A DNA stretch of 64,000 bases from an uncultured Candidatus Saccharibacteria bacterium (GCA_964386905.1 CAYLUP010000001.1:19905-83904), one strand, 5' to 3'; counted from the first letter of the stretch, positions 1 to 10,539 are shown. Program-made: numbers and translations. Notes: generated from the letters alone by a model not told the origin.

Positions 1-2
1 CA

Positions 3-1934
3 TCACAATATCGTGATGGGGAATATCGCGTTGGTGCAGTGTATTTTGATTCATATAAGGGGTGGGTATATACCGGCACGGTTGATTTTACTATCTCGAA
101 TGCATTACCAAAGCCTATTGATACCAGCGTATCTGTTCCAGCAGTGATTGCTACACAGACAGTCGTGACTACGCCAATCGTGGCATCTTCGTCAGTGGCG
201 GCAACGAGTACACCTTTAGTGAAGCAGAATGTTGAGTATGCACCAACATGGACGCAGACGTCAGACACTTCGTTTGTACCAACTCTTCGTCTTGTCGTAA
301 ACGATCGTGCAATAACTGCACTTGGTCATATCTTTGATCGTGAGGAGCTCGAGATTCGTGCGACGACGCACCCAGCTCTCTCTGTACAATTTTTTGCATA
401 TTCTTTAGACGGTGCTTTTTCTCCTGCGATCAAAGAAGTTGGACGAGGAGGAAAGGATGATATTCTCTCTCGAGACGGTAAGGAGGTTTGGGCATATACG
501 GTTGATATGGGAACATTTCCTGCAGGAAATTATCGTTTATTTGCACGTATTAAAACACTAGATGGAAAAATCCAGGAGACTCAACCTGCCTCAATCGTTG
601 TCCAGCACCTAAGCCAAATACCTGGTGTTGTTGAGCAAAAAGACGAGACGCCACTTGTCGTTTCAGAAGCTACACGTGAAGATATTCTGAAGCGCATTCA
701 TGATCCAAGTGCATGTCAAAATAGGCAAGAATGTCAGGTGTTTTGTTCAAGCTCAGTGTCTGCGTCTACAAAGTGCGTAGAATTTACCCGCGTAAAGGGG
801 ATTGATGGATTGTTTGATGCGGTAGAAACACAAGTCCGAAAATTGCAATCAGAGGCTCAGCTACTTTCTTCCCCTTTGCCAACACATGTCGCGTCGTCCT
901 CTTCTGTTTTTCCTGTTTTCTCTGGCAGACCGTCAATTGTCGATGTGCTGCCGCAAACCATTCTTGCTGAGGCTGTGTCAAAGCGCTCAGATCAAAATTT
1001 CACCTTACCAGAAGAAGTAAATTCGGCGGTAAAACTTCAGCATTATTGCGGGGCAATTGAAAATGAAAAAGAGTGTACTTCGCTTGCCTTCGCACATGCT
1101 CCAGAACTTTCTCCTGTGATAGAAAAACAAGCAGAACTTGTTCGGGAGTCAGAAATGAAGTTGACGAGTATTCTTGAACAACGTTCCGGTGCACGTGTGT
1201 ATGTTGACTCAGATGGTGACTCTGTGAGTGATTTTGATGAGGTCAATTTGTACCACTCAGACCCAACAAAGAAAGATACAAATGGAGATGGGTATTCTGA
1301 TGGGGCCGCAATTCTAGGTCAGACGAGCGTGCTATCCGCTGGTGAAGCATTCGAAGATGAACAAGGGAAAATCGTTCTTGGAAGAGGGGTTAGCGTGGAA
1401 AATCCAAAAATTGCAGGTACGACACAATCTGCAAAATTTGCTATAACAACTATTGCTCCATACGAAGTAACTAAAAATGATAACGGCGTTTCTGAGATTC
1501 AAAAAATAGTCTTTAAGGGAAGAGCACTCCCGAATAGTTTTATAAAAGTTTTTCTGTTCTCTGAGCCAGTTGTCGTGACAGTGAAGGCCGATGACATGGG
1601 AAACTGGACTTATATCCTTGATAAAACTCTTCCAGACGGTACACATACTGCATACGTTGCACTTGCTGATGGCGCTGGGCGTGTTCTCGCAAAATCCGAA
1701 CCACTTCCATTCGTTAAAGAAGCATCCGCTATTACGGTTGCCGGTGAACAGGTGTTGAAGACAGACGCTGCATTCGAAAAAAGATTTATGGGCATGAGTC
1801 CAGTAACAGTTATGGCACTTCTCGTGGGCGTTCTTGGGCTTGCACTGTCTGTTGTTGGTATCGTTGCGGGTATGCGCCATAAGCATGGTCGTGAGTCTAT
1901 AGAAGATCATCATACACCATATGGAGCGTCATAA
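3..1934 (+). CDS. Large surface protein, 5'-partial: Ig-like domains, Cys-rich helical repeats, TSP3-like Ca-binding motifs, C-terminal TM anchor
   Basis: Frame is open from the window edge. DSDGDSVSDFDE and DTNGDGYSDG motifs; Big-like VKADDMGNWTYILDKTLPDGTHTAYV; hydrophobic C-terminal helix followed by a basic tail. Confidence 0.75.
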   Translation, partial: SQYRDGEYRVGAVYFDSYKGWVYTGTVDFTISNALPKPIDTSVSVPAVIATQTVVTTPIVASSSVAATSTPLVKQNVEYAPTWTQTSDTSFVPTLRLVVNDRAITALGHIFDREELEIRATTHPALSVQFFAYSLDGAFSPAIKEVGRGGKDDILSRDGKEVWAYTVDMGTFPAGNYRLFARIKTLDGKIQETQPASIVVQHLSQIPGVVEQKDETPLVVSEATREDILKRIHDPSACQNRQECQVFCSSSVSASTKCVEFTRVKGIDGLFDAVETQVRKLQSEAQLLSSPLPTHVASSSSVFPVFSGRPSIVDVLPQTILAEAVSKRSDQNFTLPEEVNSAVKLQHYCGAIENEKECTSLAFAHAPELSPVIEKQAELVRESEMKLTSILEQRSGARVYVDSDGDSVSDFDEVNLYHSDPTKKDTNGDGYSDGAAILGQTSVLSAGEAFEDEQGKIVLGRGVSVENPKIAGTTQSAKFAITTIAPYEVTKNDNGVSEIQKIVFKGRALPNSFIKVFLFSEPVVVTVKADDMGNWTYILDKTLPDGTHTAYVALADGAGRVLAKSEPLPFVKEASAITVAGEQVLKTDAAFEKRFMGMSPVTVMALLVGVLGLALSVVGIVAGMRHKHGRESIEDHHTPYGAS

Positions 1935-3297
1935 TATTATCACGAGGGGCATTGATTTCGTTCGTACAAATCCACAATTGCTCTATACTATTTTCCTCGC
2001 AATTATTATTCCGTTAGCTTTTATATTAACAAGTGAGCAATTTTTGAAGGTGGCAAAAAATCAAAACGATGCAGCTGAACGAAGTCGCATCGGTTTGCTT
2101 CATGACGCATTTGCGTCATTTTTGCCTCACATGCTCGAACCCGTGCGATTGGAGCAATATATTCAATCGATCGCTGCACAAAATCAAACGCTTTCAGGAT
2201 TCTTTGTTCTTCTTGAATACGACACTGGAACAACCACACGTCTTGAAGTTTTTGCATCGCAACAAAAAGATGAAGTATCACTTGGGGCGTATACACCAGA
2301 TCCAATTACGGAAATGCTTATGCGTTTCGCGGCGAGTGATAGCACACAATCGTATTCAGCTGAGTTCGTGAAACATACTGCACGGCAGTGGAAAACAGTT
2401 CGTGCAATTCAGAAACCATCACCAGAAATATTTCGAGCATATGTTGTTACTGATGTTTCTATGTCTGAGACAGATGTGGCTCTGGGTAGGAATATCCGTA
2501 ATGCGTATATTGTTTTGTGTATTGTTGTTGCAATGGTAATGGTCCTCCTTGGGCGGCAGGCTCGCATTGTGGATTACGCGACATTGTATCGAAAACTTTC
2601 AGAGGTAGATAAAATGAAAGATGATTTCGTATCTATGGCAGCACACGAATTGCGTTCACCTTTGACGGTAATTCGTGGATATGCCGATATGATGAAGCAA
2701 AATGAGCAACTTTCTGCGAGAAGCATTGATATGCTTAAAAGTATTGACAATGCTGCGCAAGAATTGAATACGCTTGTTGGAGATATTCTTGATGTTGCAA
2801 AACTTCAAGAGGGAAGAATGTCTTTTCATTTTGCATCCATACTTCCTACTGACATTGCCGGAGATGTCTATAGGGCATTTGCAGTTCCAGCAAAACAAAA
2901 GGGACTTGAATTTGTGTATACTCCAACAAAAGATGAACGACGCATATTTGTTGATAAAACACGGTTACGTCAGATTCTTGTGAATCTCGTTGGGAATGCT
3001 ATTAAGTATACTCCTCAGGGTTCTGTTCATGTGGTAGTCAAAACAACATCAGATAACACTGGCGTGGAAATCCGTGTGTCTGATACAGGTCTAGGAATTA
3101 GTGCCGAGGCACAGACCCGTCTCTTCTCAAAGTTCTATCGAGTCAAGACAAAAGATACAGAAAAAATAGCTGGAACAGGCCTTGGTTTATGGATTACCGC
3201 TGAACTTGTGCGACAAATGCGTGGAGCTATTAGTGTAGAATCAATTGAAGGAAAGGGGACAGATTTTATCGTTCGTTTTCCATTTCAACAAACATAA
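1921..3297 (+). CDS. Membrane sensor histidine kinase (HisKA + HATPase_c)
   Basis: Two TM helices; H-box MAAHELRSPLT; N-box NLVGNAIKY; DTGLGI and GTGLGL G-boxes. Confidence 0.95.
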   Translation: MERHNIITRGIDFVRTNPQLLYTIFLAIIIPLAFILTSEQFLKVAKNQNDAAERSRIGLLHDAFASFLPHMLEPVRLEQYIQSIAAQNQTLSGFFVLLEYDTGTTTRLEVFASQQKDEVSLGAYTPDPITEMLMRFAASDSTQSYSAEFVKHTARQWKTVRAIQKPSPEIFRAYVVTDVSMSETDVALGRNIRNAYIVLCIVVAMVMVLLGRQARIVDYATLYRKLSEVDKMKDDFVSMAAHELRSPLTVIRGYADMMKQNEQLSARSIDMLKSIDNAAQELNTLVGDILDVAKLQEGRMSFHFASILPTDIAGDVYRAFAVPAKQKGLEFVYTPTKDERRIFVDKTRLRQILVNLVGNAIKYTPQGSVHVVVKTTSDNTGVEIRVSDTGLGISAEAQTRLFSKFYRVKTKDTEKIAGTGLGLWITAELVRQMRGAISVESIEGKGTDFIVRFPFQQT

Positions 3298-3317
3298 AAC
3301 ACCCAACAGGGTGTTTT
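3296..3317. terminator. Bidirectional intrinsic terminator
   Basis: AAAACACCC-aaca-GGGTGTTTT between convergent genes. Confidence 0.8.
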
Positions 3318-4329
3318 ATGCTATCTGGTGTGCAACATAATTCTCTGGCTTTTTTGAGAGATATTCTTCAATGTGCTCACGAGACAATAACCCTTCTTGA
3401 GATCCAGGGTATTGAACAACGGACATAGAGTTAATTGGTCCGTAGAGAAGCGCTTCCTGTAGTGGTTTCCCGAGTGCAATCATTGCGGCAATTGTTGATG
3501 AGCACGCATCTCCTGCGCCCGTACGCTCGACTGGGGGTTGTGGGTCTGGGTACGGAGGCACAAACCATGTCGTATCTTGTTCCGCGTCATATGCATAAAG
3601 ACCCTTGGGGCCATCAGTAACTACGGTGATTTTCGGGCCAAGTTGTGACATAAGTTTTGGAAGTTTTGTAGGATCTTGTTCTGTGGAATTGAGGATTTTT
3701 CTTGCCTCATCAGTATTACAGAAGAAAATATTGCATCGCGAATAGAGTTTTTTGAGTCGTTCGTATCCAAGCTTTATCTGGAACGTACCTGGCTGGAAAG
3801 CGAGGTGAACATCTGGATGTGCTTCGAGATAATCCAATATTTCTTCATGATATGCGAGAGAGTTCTCGCCCAATGAAGAAAAGTACAGCCAAGATGGTGT
3901 TTCAATATCCGGAAGAGTGTATGCGTACGTTTCCTGTTTGATTAAAATGGTTCGTTCTGATTTGTACCATAAGATGTAGTGATACAAAGAAGACTTTCCC
4001 GGATTGATGCGTATATATCGTGGGTCAACGCCTTTTTCTTGTAATGCACGAAGGATTTCTTGGCCCTGCTCATCGTCTCCGAGATCTGTAACCAGCGCTG
4101 CTTTAAGCCCAAGCCGTGTCGCTGCGACTGCCGCATTTGCTGAGTTTCCAGCTCCGGGAATCACCTTTGCATATTCATATGGAATTTTTGCTCCATTGAT
4201 AAAGCAGAGGTCTTCTTCTTCAGATCCATCGCTTCCTTCAATTGTGTGGACAGACGCGCGTATGATACGAATAAATGCGTCGGTGACAGTATCCCCGATA
4301 GTAATAAAATCAATTGGTGTATTGTCCAT
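3316..4329 (-). CDS. PfkB-family carbohydrate kinase
   Basis: GAGNSANAAVAATRLG and ERTGAGDA PfkB signatures. Start moved to MDNTP (4329), 6 nt after TGGTATAAT. Confidence 0.9.
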   Translation of the reverse strand: MDNTPIDFITIGDTVTDAFIRIIRASVHTIEGSDGSEEEDLCFINGAKIPYEYAKVIPGAGNSANAAVAATRLGLKAALVTDLGDDEQGQEILRALQEKGVDPRYIRINPGKSSLYHYILWYKSERTILIKQETYAYTLPDIETPSWLYFSSLGENSLAYHEEILDYLEAHPDVHLAFQPGTFQIKLGYERLKKLYSRCNIFFCNTDEARKILNSTEQDPTKLPKLMSQLGPKITVVTDGPKGLYAYDAEQDTTWFVPPYPDPQPPVERTGAGDACSSTIAAMIALGKPLQEALLYGPINSMSVVQYPGSQEGLLSREHIEEYLSKKPENYVAHQIA

Positions 4330-4369
4330 CTGTGCATTATACCATGCAAAGGTATGGTAAAATATGAAC

Positions 4370-5410
4370 ATGAATATTGTACAGTTAGAGACAATTGCGC
4401 GAGCGCTCGTTGCAAAAGGGAAAGGAATATTGGCTGCAGATGAATCAAACGTAACGGCAAACAAAAGACTCGCAACCGTGTTCATTCCGCAAGATGAAGA
4501 ACATCGAAGAAAATTTCGTGACATTTTATTGACAACAAAGGAATCTTCAGAAATTGTTTCTGGTGTGATTTTTTATGATGAAACATTTTGGCAATCAACA
4601 ACGTTTGGAGAACCATTTCGGGTGTATTGTGAAAAAAATAATATTCTTCCTGGGATTAAGGTAGATGAAGGTCTCATTAATTTACCTGGTTTTCCTGGAG
4701 AGTACATTACTCGTGGCCTCGACACACTCCCCGAGCGTATTCAAAAGTACGCAGATGCTGGTGCTCGGTTTGCAAAATGGCGCGCTGTCATATCTTTGAG
4801 TGGTCAGACACCAACAGATGCGTGTGTTGCAGCAAATGCATTTATTCTTGCACGGTACGCACGGATTTGTCAGGAGGCAGGTATTGTTCCCATTGTTGAA
4901 CCAGAAGTGCTTTTCGATGGCACGCATACGTCAGATATGTGCGAAGTTGTTACTGCACATGTATATGACACAGTATTCGCCGCATTGCGAACGTTTCGCG
5001 TTCATCTTCCAGGAATGATCTTGAAAACAGGGATGATTCTTCCAGGAAAGGAGTCTGGGTTACCTGTTGATCCCATTGAAGTTGCAGAGCGAACAACGCG
5101 AACACTTCGTACTCATGTTCCTCATGAAGTTGGTGGAGTCGTTTTTCTTTCAGGTGGTCAAACACCAAAACAGGCATTTGAAAATCTTAATGAAATAGCA
5201 AAACGTGGTCCACATCCATGGGGGCTGACATTCTCATATTCTCGTGCACTTCAGGACCCCGTGTTAAAGCATTGGGCCATTCACCAAGGAGATATTGAAG
5301 GAGCAAAGAGTGTTTTTGGTCATCAACTGAAAGCGGCTCAAGCAGCAAGTCTTGGAACGCTGTCTATTGCTGCGCATGGTGATGATTTTGTTTCGCATGG
5401 CCAAGACTAA
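4370..5410 (+). CDS. fba: Fructose-bisphosphate aldolase class I
   Basis: GKGILAADES, AKWRAV, PIVEPEV, FLSGGQ and TFSYSRALQ motifs. Start 4370 is 6 nt after TGGTAAAAT; 4364 is an alternative. Confidence 0.95.
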   Translation: MNIVQLETIARALVAKGKGILAADESNVTANKRLATVFIPQDEEHRRKFRDILLTTKESSEIVSGVIFYDETFWQSTTFGEPFRVYCEKNNILPGIKVDEGLINLPGFPGEYITRGLDTLPERIQKYADAGARFAKWRAVISLSGQTPTDACVAANAFILARYARICQEAGIVPIVEPEVLFDGTHTSDMCEVVTAHVYDTVFAALRTFRVHLPGMILKTGMILPGKESGLPVDPIEVAERTTRTLRTHVPHEVGGVVFLSGGQTPKQAFENLNEIAKRGPHPWGLTFSYSRALQDPVLKHWAIHQGDIEGAKSVFGHQLKAAQAASLGTLSIAAHGDDFVSHGQD

Positions 5411-5495
5411 AGATGCCGCGGTGTAAGTGGTGTGCTGGATAAAAGGATATTCCAGTGTATAGTTTCCTTTAGTTTTTGTTATTTCTGGAGGTTCC

Positions 5496-5999
5496 ATGAT
5501 AAAGAAAGTGCTCGAATCTCGCTTTGAGTGTGTCGAGAGTGGGTGTGATAACCTAGTTGACCCACAAACGTCACACGCAATCACGTTGAGTGCAGCGGAA
5601 TACAGTACAACGCTCGCAGCAGCATGTGAAGGGTGTGGTCGGCTATATTCCGTATTTACCGCCGAGCCAGTATTTTCTTCGGATTACATGAAGGTGTTTT
5701 CCGGTGTACATCAGTTAGAACATAAACAGCTCACTGCAGTAGAGAAATATAATCTCATTCATGGTGCGCTCTCGATCATTGAGTCTTCCGAGTCGTTTGA
5801 ACAAGGGGAGATGTATAAGCGGCGTATCGTGAATATGTGCGGTGGTGCTGAGTTGTGGAATGCTCGTCGAATCTCTCGAGCTATGCATGCTCCTGATTGC
5901 GAAGCTGTTTTTTATCGTGCAACACACATGTGCAACTGCGGTGTTGTGCATGCGCGTGACTGGTTTAAGAATCACGACACGCTCGTTCTCGAAGAATGA
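5496..5999 (+). CDS. Cys/His-rich hypothetical protein (probable Zn-binding), paralog 1
   Basis: GGAGG SD; CxxxxC, CxxC, HxxxC and CNCG motifs; followed by hairpin ACCACCTC/GAGGTGGT + T-tract. Confidence 0.75.
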   Translation: MIKKVLESRFECVESGCDNLVDPQTSHAITLSAAEYSTTLAAACEGCGRLYSVFTAEPVFSSDYMKVFSGVHQLEHKQLTAVEKYNLIHGALSIIESSESFEQGEMYKRRIVNMCGGAELWNARRISRAMHAPDCEAVFYRATHMCNCGVVHARDWFKNHDTLVLEE

Positions 6000-6191
6000 T
6001 TCTGACCACCTCTGTGAGGTGGTTTTTTATACTTACGAGTTGTTGTATTGTGTGCAATGATGCACACATGCTGTTCCTGCGCGTATTTCACAGCAAAACA
6101 ACAATGAATGCGGGTGTTGTGGTGCAAAAGAATATAATTGACAAAACACAATATTATTGTATTCTGTTCTTGCGTTTCTACAGGAGGTTTT

Positions 6192-6659
6192 ATGAGCGCA
6201 TTTGGTCATTTTCCGTCGGATAAAGTGCTTGATGGCTTCGATTGCCACGAAGAAGGATGTGAGCAACTTCTTTCTCCGACGACCATCGAGGAAGTCACAC
6301 TCTCTCGGACGGATCTTGGTGATCCAATTCCGAGCATCGTGTGTCCGGCATGCCGTCGCGTGTATTCAGGTGCTTCAGGCATGCCTCTGGTGTTCGAACA
6401 CACGAAGAAGATGTTTTATATCGACGGACAACAAGTAGTTCGTCCGCTTTCCTGCAGAGAACGTCTGGAGTACGTCGAGTACTTGCTCGAATGTGCAAAC
6501 AAAACGACTGAGGGGAGTGCAACGTATCGTGCGTTCGAACGCCGTCTTGAGGAAATTCGTGCCCTCCCTCACACAGAAGGGTGTAAGGGGAAGGATAGCA
6601 TGTTTCTCTGCAATTGCGGTCAATATCGTGCCGATCGCTGGGTTTCGAACCAGTCTTGA
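6192..6659 (+). CDS. Cys/His-rich hypothetical protein, paralog 2
   Basis: TTGACA-16-TATTCT promoter and AGGAGG SD before ATG 6192; same Cys pattern as the 5496 gene; own terminator. Confidence 0.75.
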   Translation: MSAFGHFPSDKVLDGFDCHEEGCEQLLSPTTIEEVTLSRTDLGDPIPSIVCPACRRVYSGASGMPLVFEHTKKMFYIDGQQVVRPLSCRERLEYVEYLLECANKTTEGSATYRAFERRLEEIRALPHTEGCKGKDSMFLCNCGQYRADRWVSNQS

Positions 6660-6828
6660 TACTTCGCTCCATTTCGGTGGAGCTTTTTTGTATTTGTACA
6701 CCTATTTTTGCAGTATTCTATGAGGTGAATCCTGCACTGTTCTGCGGAAAAGACCGTTCTTATGCTGATGATGCAACATCCTCGTCTGAACGTTTTATTT
6801 ACAGGCATAAAAACATTCACCATTAACG

Positions 6829-7164
6829 GTGGGTGATAATGGATTCGCCACTCGAAAATTTTGCGAGCTGACTGTTTCTGTTCATAGCGTTCCTGAAAAC
6901 CCACTTACGATCGAGTACAGACTGGGTACGAGTATCTGGAATAACAGAGAGCTTATTCCAGTATCGACGATTGTGAACGAGGCCCATTCTCCACGCGGGG
7001 TGGTAAGGCATGTGTCCATGATCAACCATGAGTGCTGTGACGCGGAAATGGATGTAGCAAGCATTTCGCTGAGCGGCAAAGTCGTCTCTGACGATAAAAT
7101 GATTATGAAATATGCGCGATTGTCTGCGCGTGTATTTGAAATTTTTCAACATGATTTTGAATAG
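6829..7164 (+). CDS. Hypothetical protein, start uncertain (possibly frameshifted)
   Basis: 111-aa ORF ending just before a hairpin (GAGCTCCAG/CTGGAGCT); no clear RBS. Confidence 0.35.
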   Translation: MGDNGFATRKFCELTVSVHSVPENPLTIEYRLGTSIWNNRELIPVSTIVNEAHSPRGVVRHVSMINHECCDAEMDVASISLSGKVVSDDKMIMKYARLSARVFEIFQHDFE

Positions 7165-7241
7165 TCCTTCGCTGAGCTCCAGGTTCTGGAGCTTTTATGT
7201 TTTATGATGACGAATGTTTCCTCTTGTGGTATCCTGCTTTT

Positions 7242-8483
7242 ATGCGACAAACGCAACTATTTACAAAAACGCGCAGAGAAGCGCCGAAAGATGAGGTATC
7301 TAAAAATGCACAGCTCTTGCTGCGTGGAGGATATATTTATAAGGAAATGGCAGGAGCATACTGCTATCTTCCTTTGGGGTTGCGAGTCATGAACAATATT
7401 ATCCGTGTGATCCGAGAAGAAATGGAGCATGTGGGGTCTCAAGAACTCACGATGACTCATTTGCAGAGTAAGGAAGTTTGGGAGGCGACAAATCGCTGGG
7501 ATGACGCAGTTGTTGATAATTGGTTTAAAACACAGTTGAAGAATGGAACCGAAGTTGGTCTTGCCTTTACTTGTGAGGAGCCACTTGCGCATCTGATGAA
7601 AGAATACGTCCACTCACACAGAGATCTTCCTTTTTCAGTTTTTCAATTTCAAACAAAGTTTCGCAATGAAGCGCGAGCGAAGAGTGGAATTATGCGTGGA
7701 AGAGAGTTTATCATGAAGGACGCATACAGTTTTGTGAAAAATAAAGATGAGCATGAAGCCATCTACGAACAATATGCTGAGGCATATCAAAGGATTTTTG
7801 CTCGTGTTGGGCTTGGCACAGTGACATATAAAACTTTTGCATCAGGTGGGACATTCTCAAAATATTCTCACGAGTATCAGACGCTCACTGAAGCGGGGGA
7901 GGATATTATTTATATCCACGACGAAAAGCATATTGCAGTAAATAGCGAAGTGCTCAATGATGAGGTCCTCGCTGATTTGGGCATTGCACGGAGCGAGCTT
8001 CGTGAAGCAAAGGCGGTCGAGGTAGGAAATATTTTCACACTCGGAACCAAGTTCTCTAATGCATATGATCTCCAGTACGTTGATGAAAAAGGAGAAAAGC
8101 ATCCCGTCTTTATGGGGTCATACGGTATTGGTCCGGGGCGTGTGATGGGGACGATTGTCGAAGTGCTCTCAGATGAGAAGGGGATCGTTTGGCCAGAAGA
8201 AGTTGCGCCATTCCATTTTCACATTGTGGCACTTGGATACGAAGACGAGTCCGTGAAGTCAGCGGCAGATACGTTGTATGCGACATTGCGTGCAAGGGGT
8301 ATAGACGTTTTATTGGACGATCGTGTTGGGCCAACAGCTGGCGAGAAATTTGCTGACAGTGATTTGTTGGGTATGCCGAAGCGTATTGTTGTCTCCAAGA
8401 AAACGATTACTGCAGGCACTTACGAGTTGAAAGATCGAAAAACCGGTGAAGTTATGAATGTGGCACTGGAATCAATCGGATAA
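7242..8483 (+). CDS. proS: Prolyl-tRNA synthetase (short form, no editing insertion)
   Basis: MRQTQLFTKTRREAP, KFRNEARAKSGIMRGREFIMKDAYSF, EVGNIFTLG and MGSYGIG motifs; anticodon-binding domain. Confidence 0.97.
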   Translation: MRQTQLFTKTRREAPKDEVSKNAQLLLRGGYIYKEMAGAYCYLPLGLRVMNNIIRVIREEMEHVGSQELTMTHLQSKEVWEATNRWDDAVVDNWFKTQLKNGTEVGLAFTCEEPLAHLMKEYVHSHRDLPFSVFQFQTKFRNEARAKSGIMRGREFIMKDAYSFVKNKDEHEAIYEQYAEAYQRIFARVGLGTVTYKTFASGGTFSKYSHEYQTLTEAGEDIIYIHDEKHIAVNSEVLNDEVLADLGIARSELREAKAVEVGNIFTLGTKFSNAYDLQYVDEKGEKHPVFMGSYGIGPGRVMGTIVEVLSDEKGIVWPEEVAPFHFHIVALGYEDESVKSAADTLYATLRARGIDVLLDDRVGPTAGEKFADSDLLGMPKRIVVSKKTITAGTYELKDRKTGEVMNVALESIG

Positions 8484-8486
8484 GGG

Positions 8487-8514
8487 AAAACGCCTAGATA
8501 TCTAGGCGTTTTTT
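8487..8514 (+). terminator. Intrinsic terminator
   Basis: AAAACGCCTAGA-ta-TCTAGGCGTTTTTT. Confidence 0.85.
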
Positions 8515-8662
8515 ATATCTACCCAGAAAATCAGTACGGAGTGAGATTTTATGTTTGTGCATACTGTTTACAATTATGTCAACTCTCAAGAAGTATATTT
8601 TGCAACACTTTCTTCGCATGGCTACTCTTGCCTGTCTGCCGTTCATTCAGTAGACTGCAGAT

Positions 8663-9715
8663 ATGATAATGGATCGCTTCCTTGGATTTAGTGGCGCAGA
8701 TATTGGTATCGATTTAGGCACGGCAAATACGCTCGTGTATCTTCGAGATCATGGGATAATCATTGACGAACCTTCGGTCGTTGCTGTAAACCAAAAAACA
8801 GGCAGAGTGGTTGCTGTAGGAAGTGATGCAAAACAAATGCTTGGGAGAACCCCGGGGCATATTGTTGCAATTCGACCTCTCGTTGGAGGAGTCATCTCTG
8901 ATTTTGAAGTCACAGAAGAAATGCTTGCGCACTTTATCAATAAGGCGCAGCGACTTTCGAAAAAACAAGGAAGGCCACGTGTTGTCATTGGTGTTCCAAC
9001 GCTGATTACGAACGTGGAAACACGAGCGGTGCGAGATGCTGCAATCAATGCTGGTGCAAAAGAAGTCTATATTGTTGAGGAGCCAATGGCTGCAGCAATT
9101 GGTATTCGTCTTCCGGTTACCGAACCTGTTGGATCAATGATTATTGATATCGGCGGAGGGACAACGGATATCGCAGTCATTTCTCTTGCAGGTATTGTGA
9201 ATGCGAAGAATCTTAAAATTGCAGGAGATCGTTTTAATGCTGACATTTCTTCATATATTCGTGATGAGTTCAAGATTTTGATCGGTGAACGTACTGCGGA
9301 AGAAGTAAAGATAAAAATTGGTGCAGCAATTAAACCAAAGGAACCGAGAGAGGCTGCTATTCGTGGGCGAGACTTGCTCACGGGGCTTCCTCGAGAAGTG
9401 ATTGTGACTGATGTTGATCTCCGTGAGGCGCTTGCCCCATCACTTGCCGCACTCGTTGAGGCAACAAAAGAAGTCCTTGAAACTGCTCCACCGGAAATTC
9501 TTGCAGACGTTATGCATCGCGGTATTGTGATTGCGGGAGGAGGTGCACTCATTCATGGGTTGCCCGAGCTTCTGTCTGCAGCACTCAAACTTCCTGTCGT
9601 CACAGCAGATGACCCACTTACTGCCGTTGCGCGTGGAACTGGTATTATTATTGAGAATCTTGATATGTATCGAGAGGTGCTCATTGAGCATGACAATGAG
9701 CTTCCAACGCGATAA
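8663..9715 (+). CDS. mreB: Rod shape-determining protein MreB
   Basis: GIDLGTANT, EEPMAAAIG, DIGGGTTD and GGGAL actin-like motifs. Confidence 0.98.
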   Translation: MIMDRFLGFSGADIGIDLGTANTLVYLRDHGIIIDEPSVVAVNQKTGRVVAVGSDAKQMLGRTPGHIVAIRPLVGGVISDFEVTEEMLAHFINKAQRLSKKQGRPRVVIGVPTLITNVETRAVRDAAINAGAKEVYIVEEPMAAAIGIRLPVTEPVGSMIIDIGGGTTDIAVISLAGIVNAKNLKIAGDRFNADISSYIRDEFKILIGERTAEEVKIKIGAAIKPKEPREAAIRGRDLLTGLPREVIVTDVDLREALAPSLAALVEATKEVLETAPPEILADVMHRGIVIAGGGALIHGLPELLSAALKLPVVTADDPLTAVARGTGIIIENLDMYREVLIEHDNELPTR

Positions 9716-9717
9716 TC

Positions 9718-10539
9718 ATGGTGATGAATTTTCGACAACATCGAATGGAAAAAGAAAAGCGCCGAAAAATATATGGCGCAATTTTTCTGTTTACTCTTGT
9801 ATTTTTGCTTGGGAGAAAGCCAGTATTAGACATGGGCGCACGAGTTCTCCATCTGATTGGGATACCGTTTTGGCACATGGCCGAAAGTGTTCAATCTGAT
9901 GCCTCGTATATGATGCAATATGTACGTCCAAGAAAGGTTCTTGTTTCCGATATTCTTTCGCTCGAAAAGAAATTGCAAGATTTGAGTTCTGCCTCATTGG
10001 AAATCGATGCATTACGTGCAGAAAACCTTCGTCTGAAAGAGGAACTTGGACGCAAGGAGTCTGAGCAAAAAGTCATTGCGCGAGTGTTGTCGCGTCCTCC
10101 CGCACAAATATACGATACACTTATCGTTGATGTTGGAGAGAAGGATGGGGTTTCTTTGGGAGATATTGTCTTTGCGCATGGTGAGTATGTGGTCGGTACC
10201 GTGACTCGAGTATACACACATACTGCCGTCGTCACTCTCCTTTCTGCTCCAGGGGAATCTCGCACAGTATCTGTTGCTGGTAGTGATAGTGAATCTCCTG
10301 AAGTTTTCGAATTACATTTTACAGGTATTGGTGGTGGAGGATTTAAAACACAAGTTCCAAAGCATATGATGTTGAAGCCGGGGGCGCCACTCGCTCTCCC
10401 TCTGTCAAAAACGGCCTTTCTCGGTGTCCTTAGCACGGAAACTATTCCAGAAAGTGGTTCATTGAAAGAAGTTTTTGCAACGTTACCATTTAGTATAAAT
10501 GCATTAGATTGGGTAAGTATCCATTCAATGAAACAGTGA
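9718..10539 (+). CDS. mreC: Rod shape-determining protein MreC
   Basis: N-terminal TM, coiled coil LRAENLRLKEELG, beta domain (IVDVGEKDGV); follows mreB. Confidence 0.9.
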   Translation: MVMNFRQHRMEKEKRRKIYGAIFLFTLVFLLGRKPVLDMGARVLHLIGIPFWHMAESVQSDASYMMQYVRPRKVLVSDILSLEKKLQDLSSASLEIDALRAENLRLKEELGRKESEQKVIARVLSRPPAQIYDTLIVDVGEKDGVSLGDIVFAHGEYVVGTVTRVYTHTAVVTLLSAPGESRTVSVAGSDSESPEVFELHFTGIGGGGFKTQVPKHMMLKPGAPLALPLSKTAFLGVLSTETIPESGSLKEVFATLPFSINALDWVSIHSMKQ

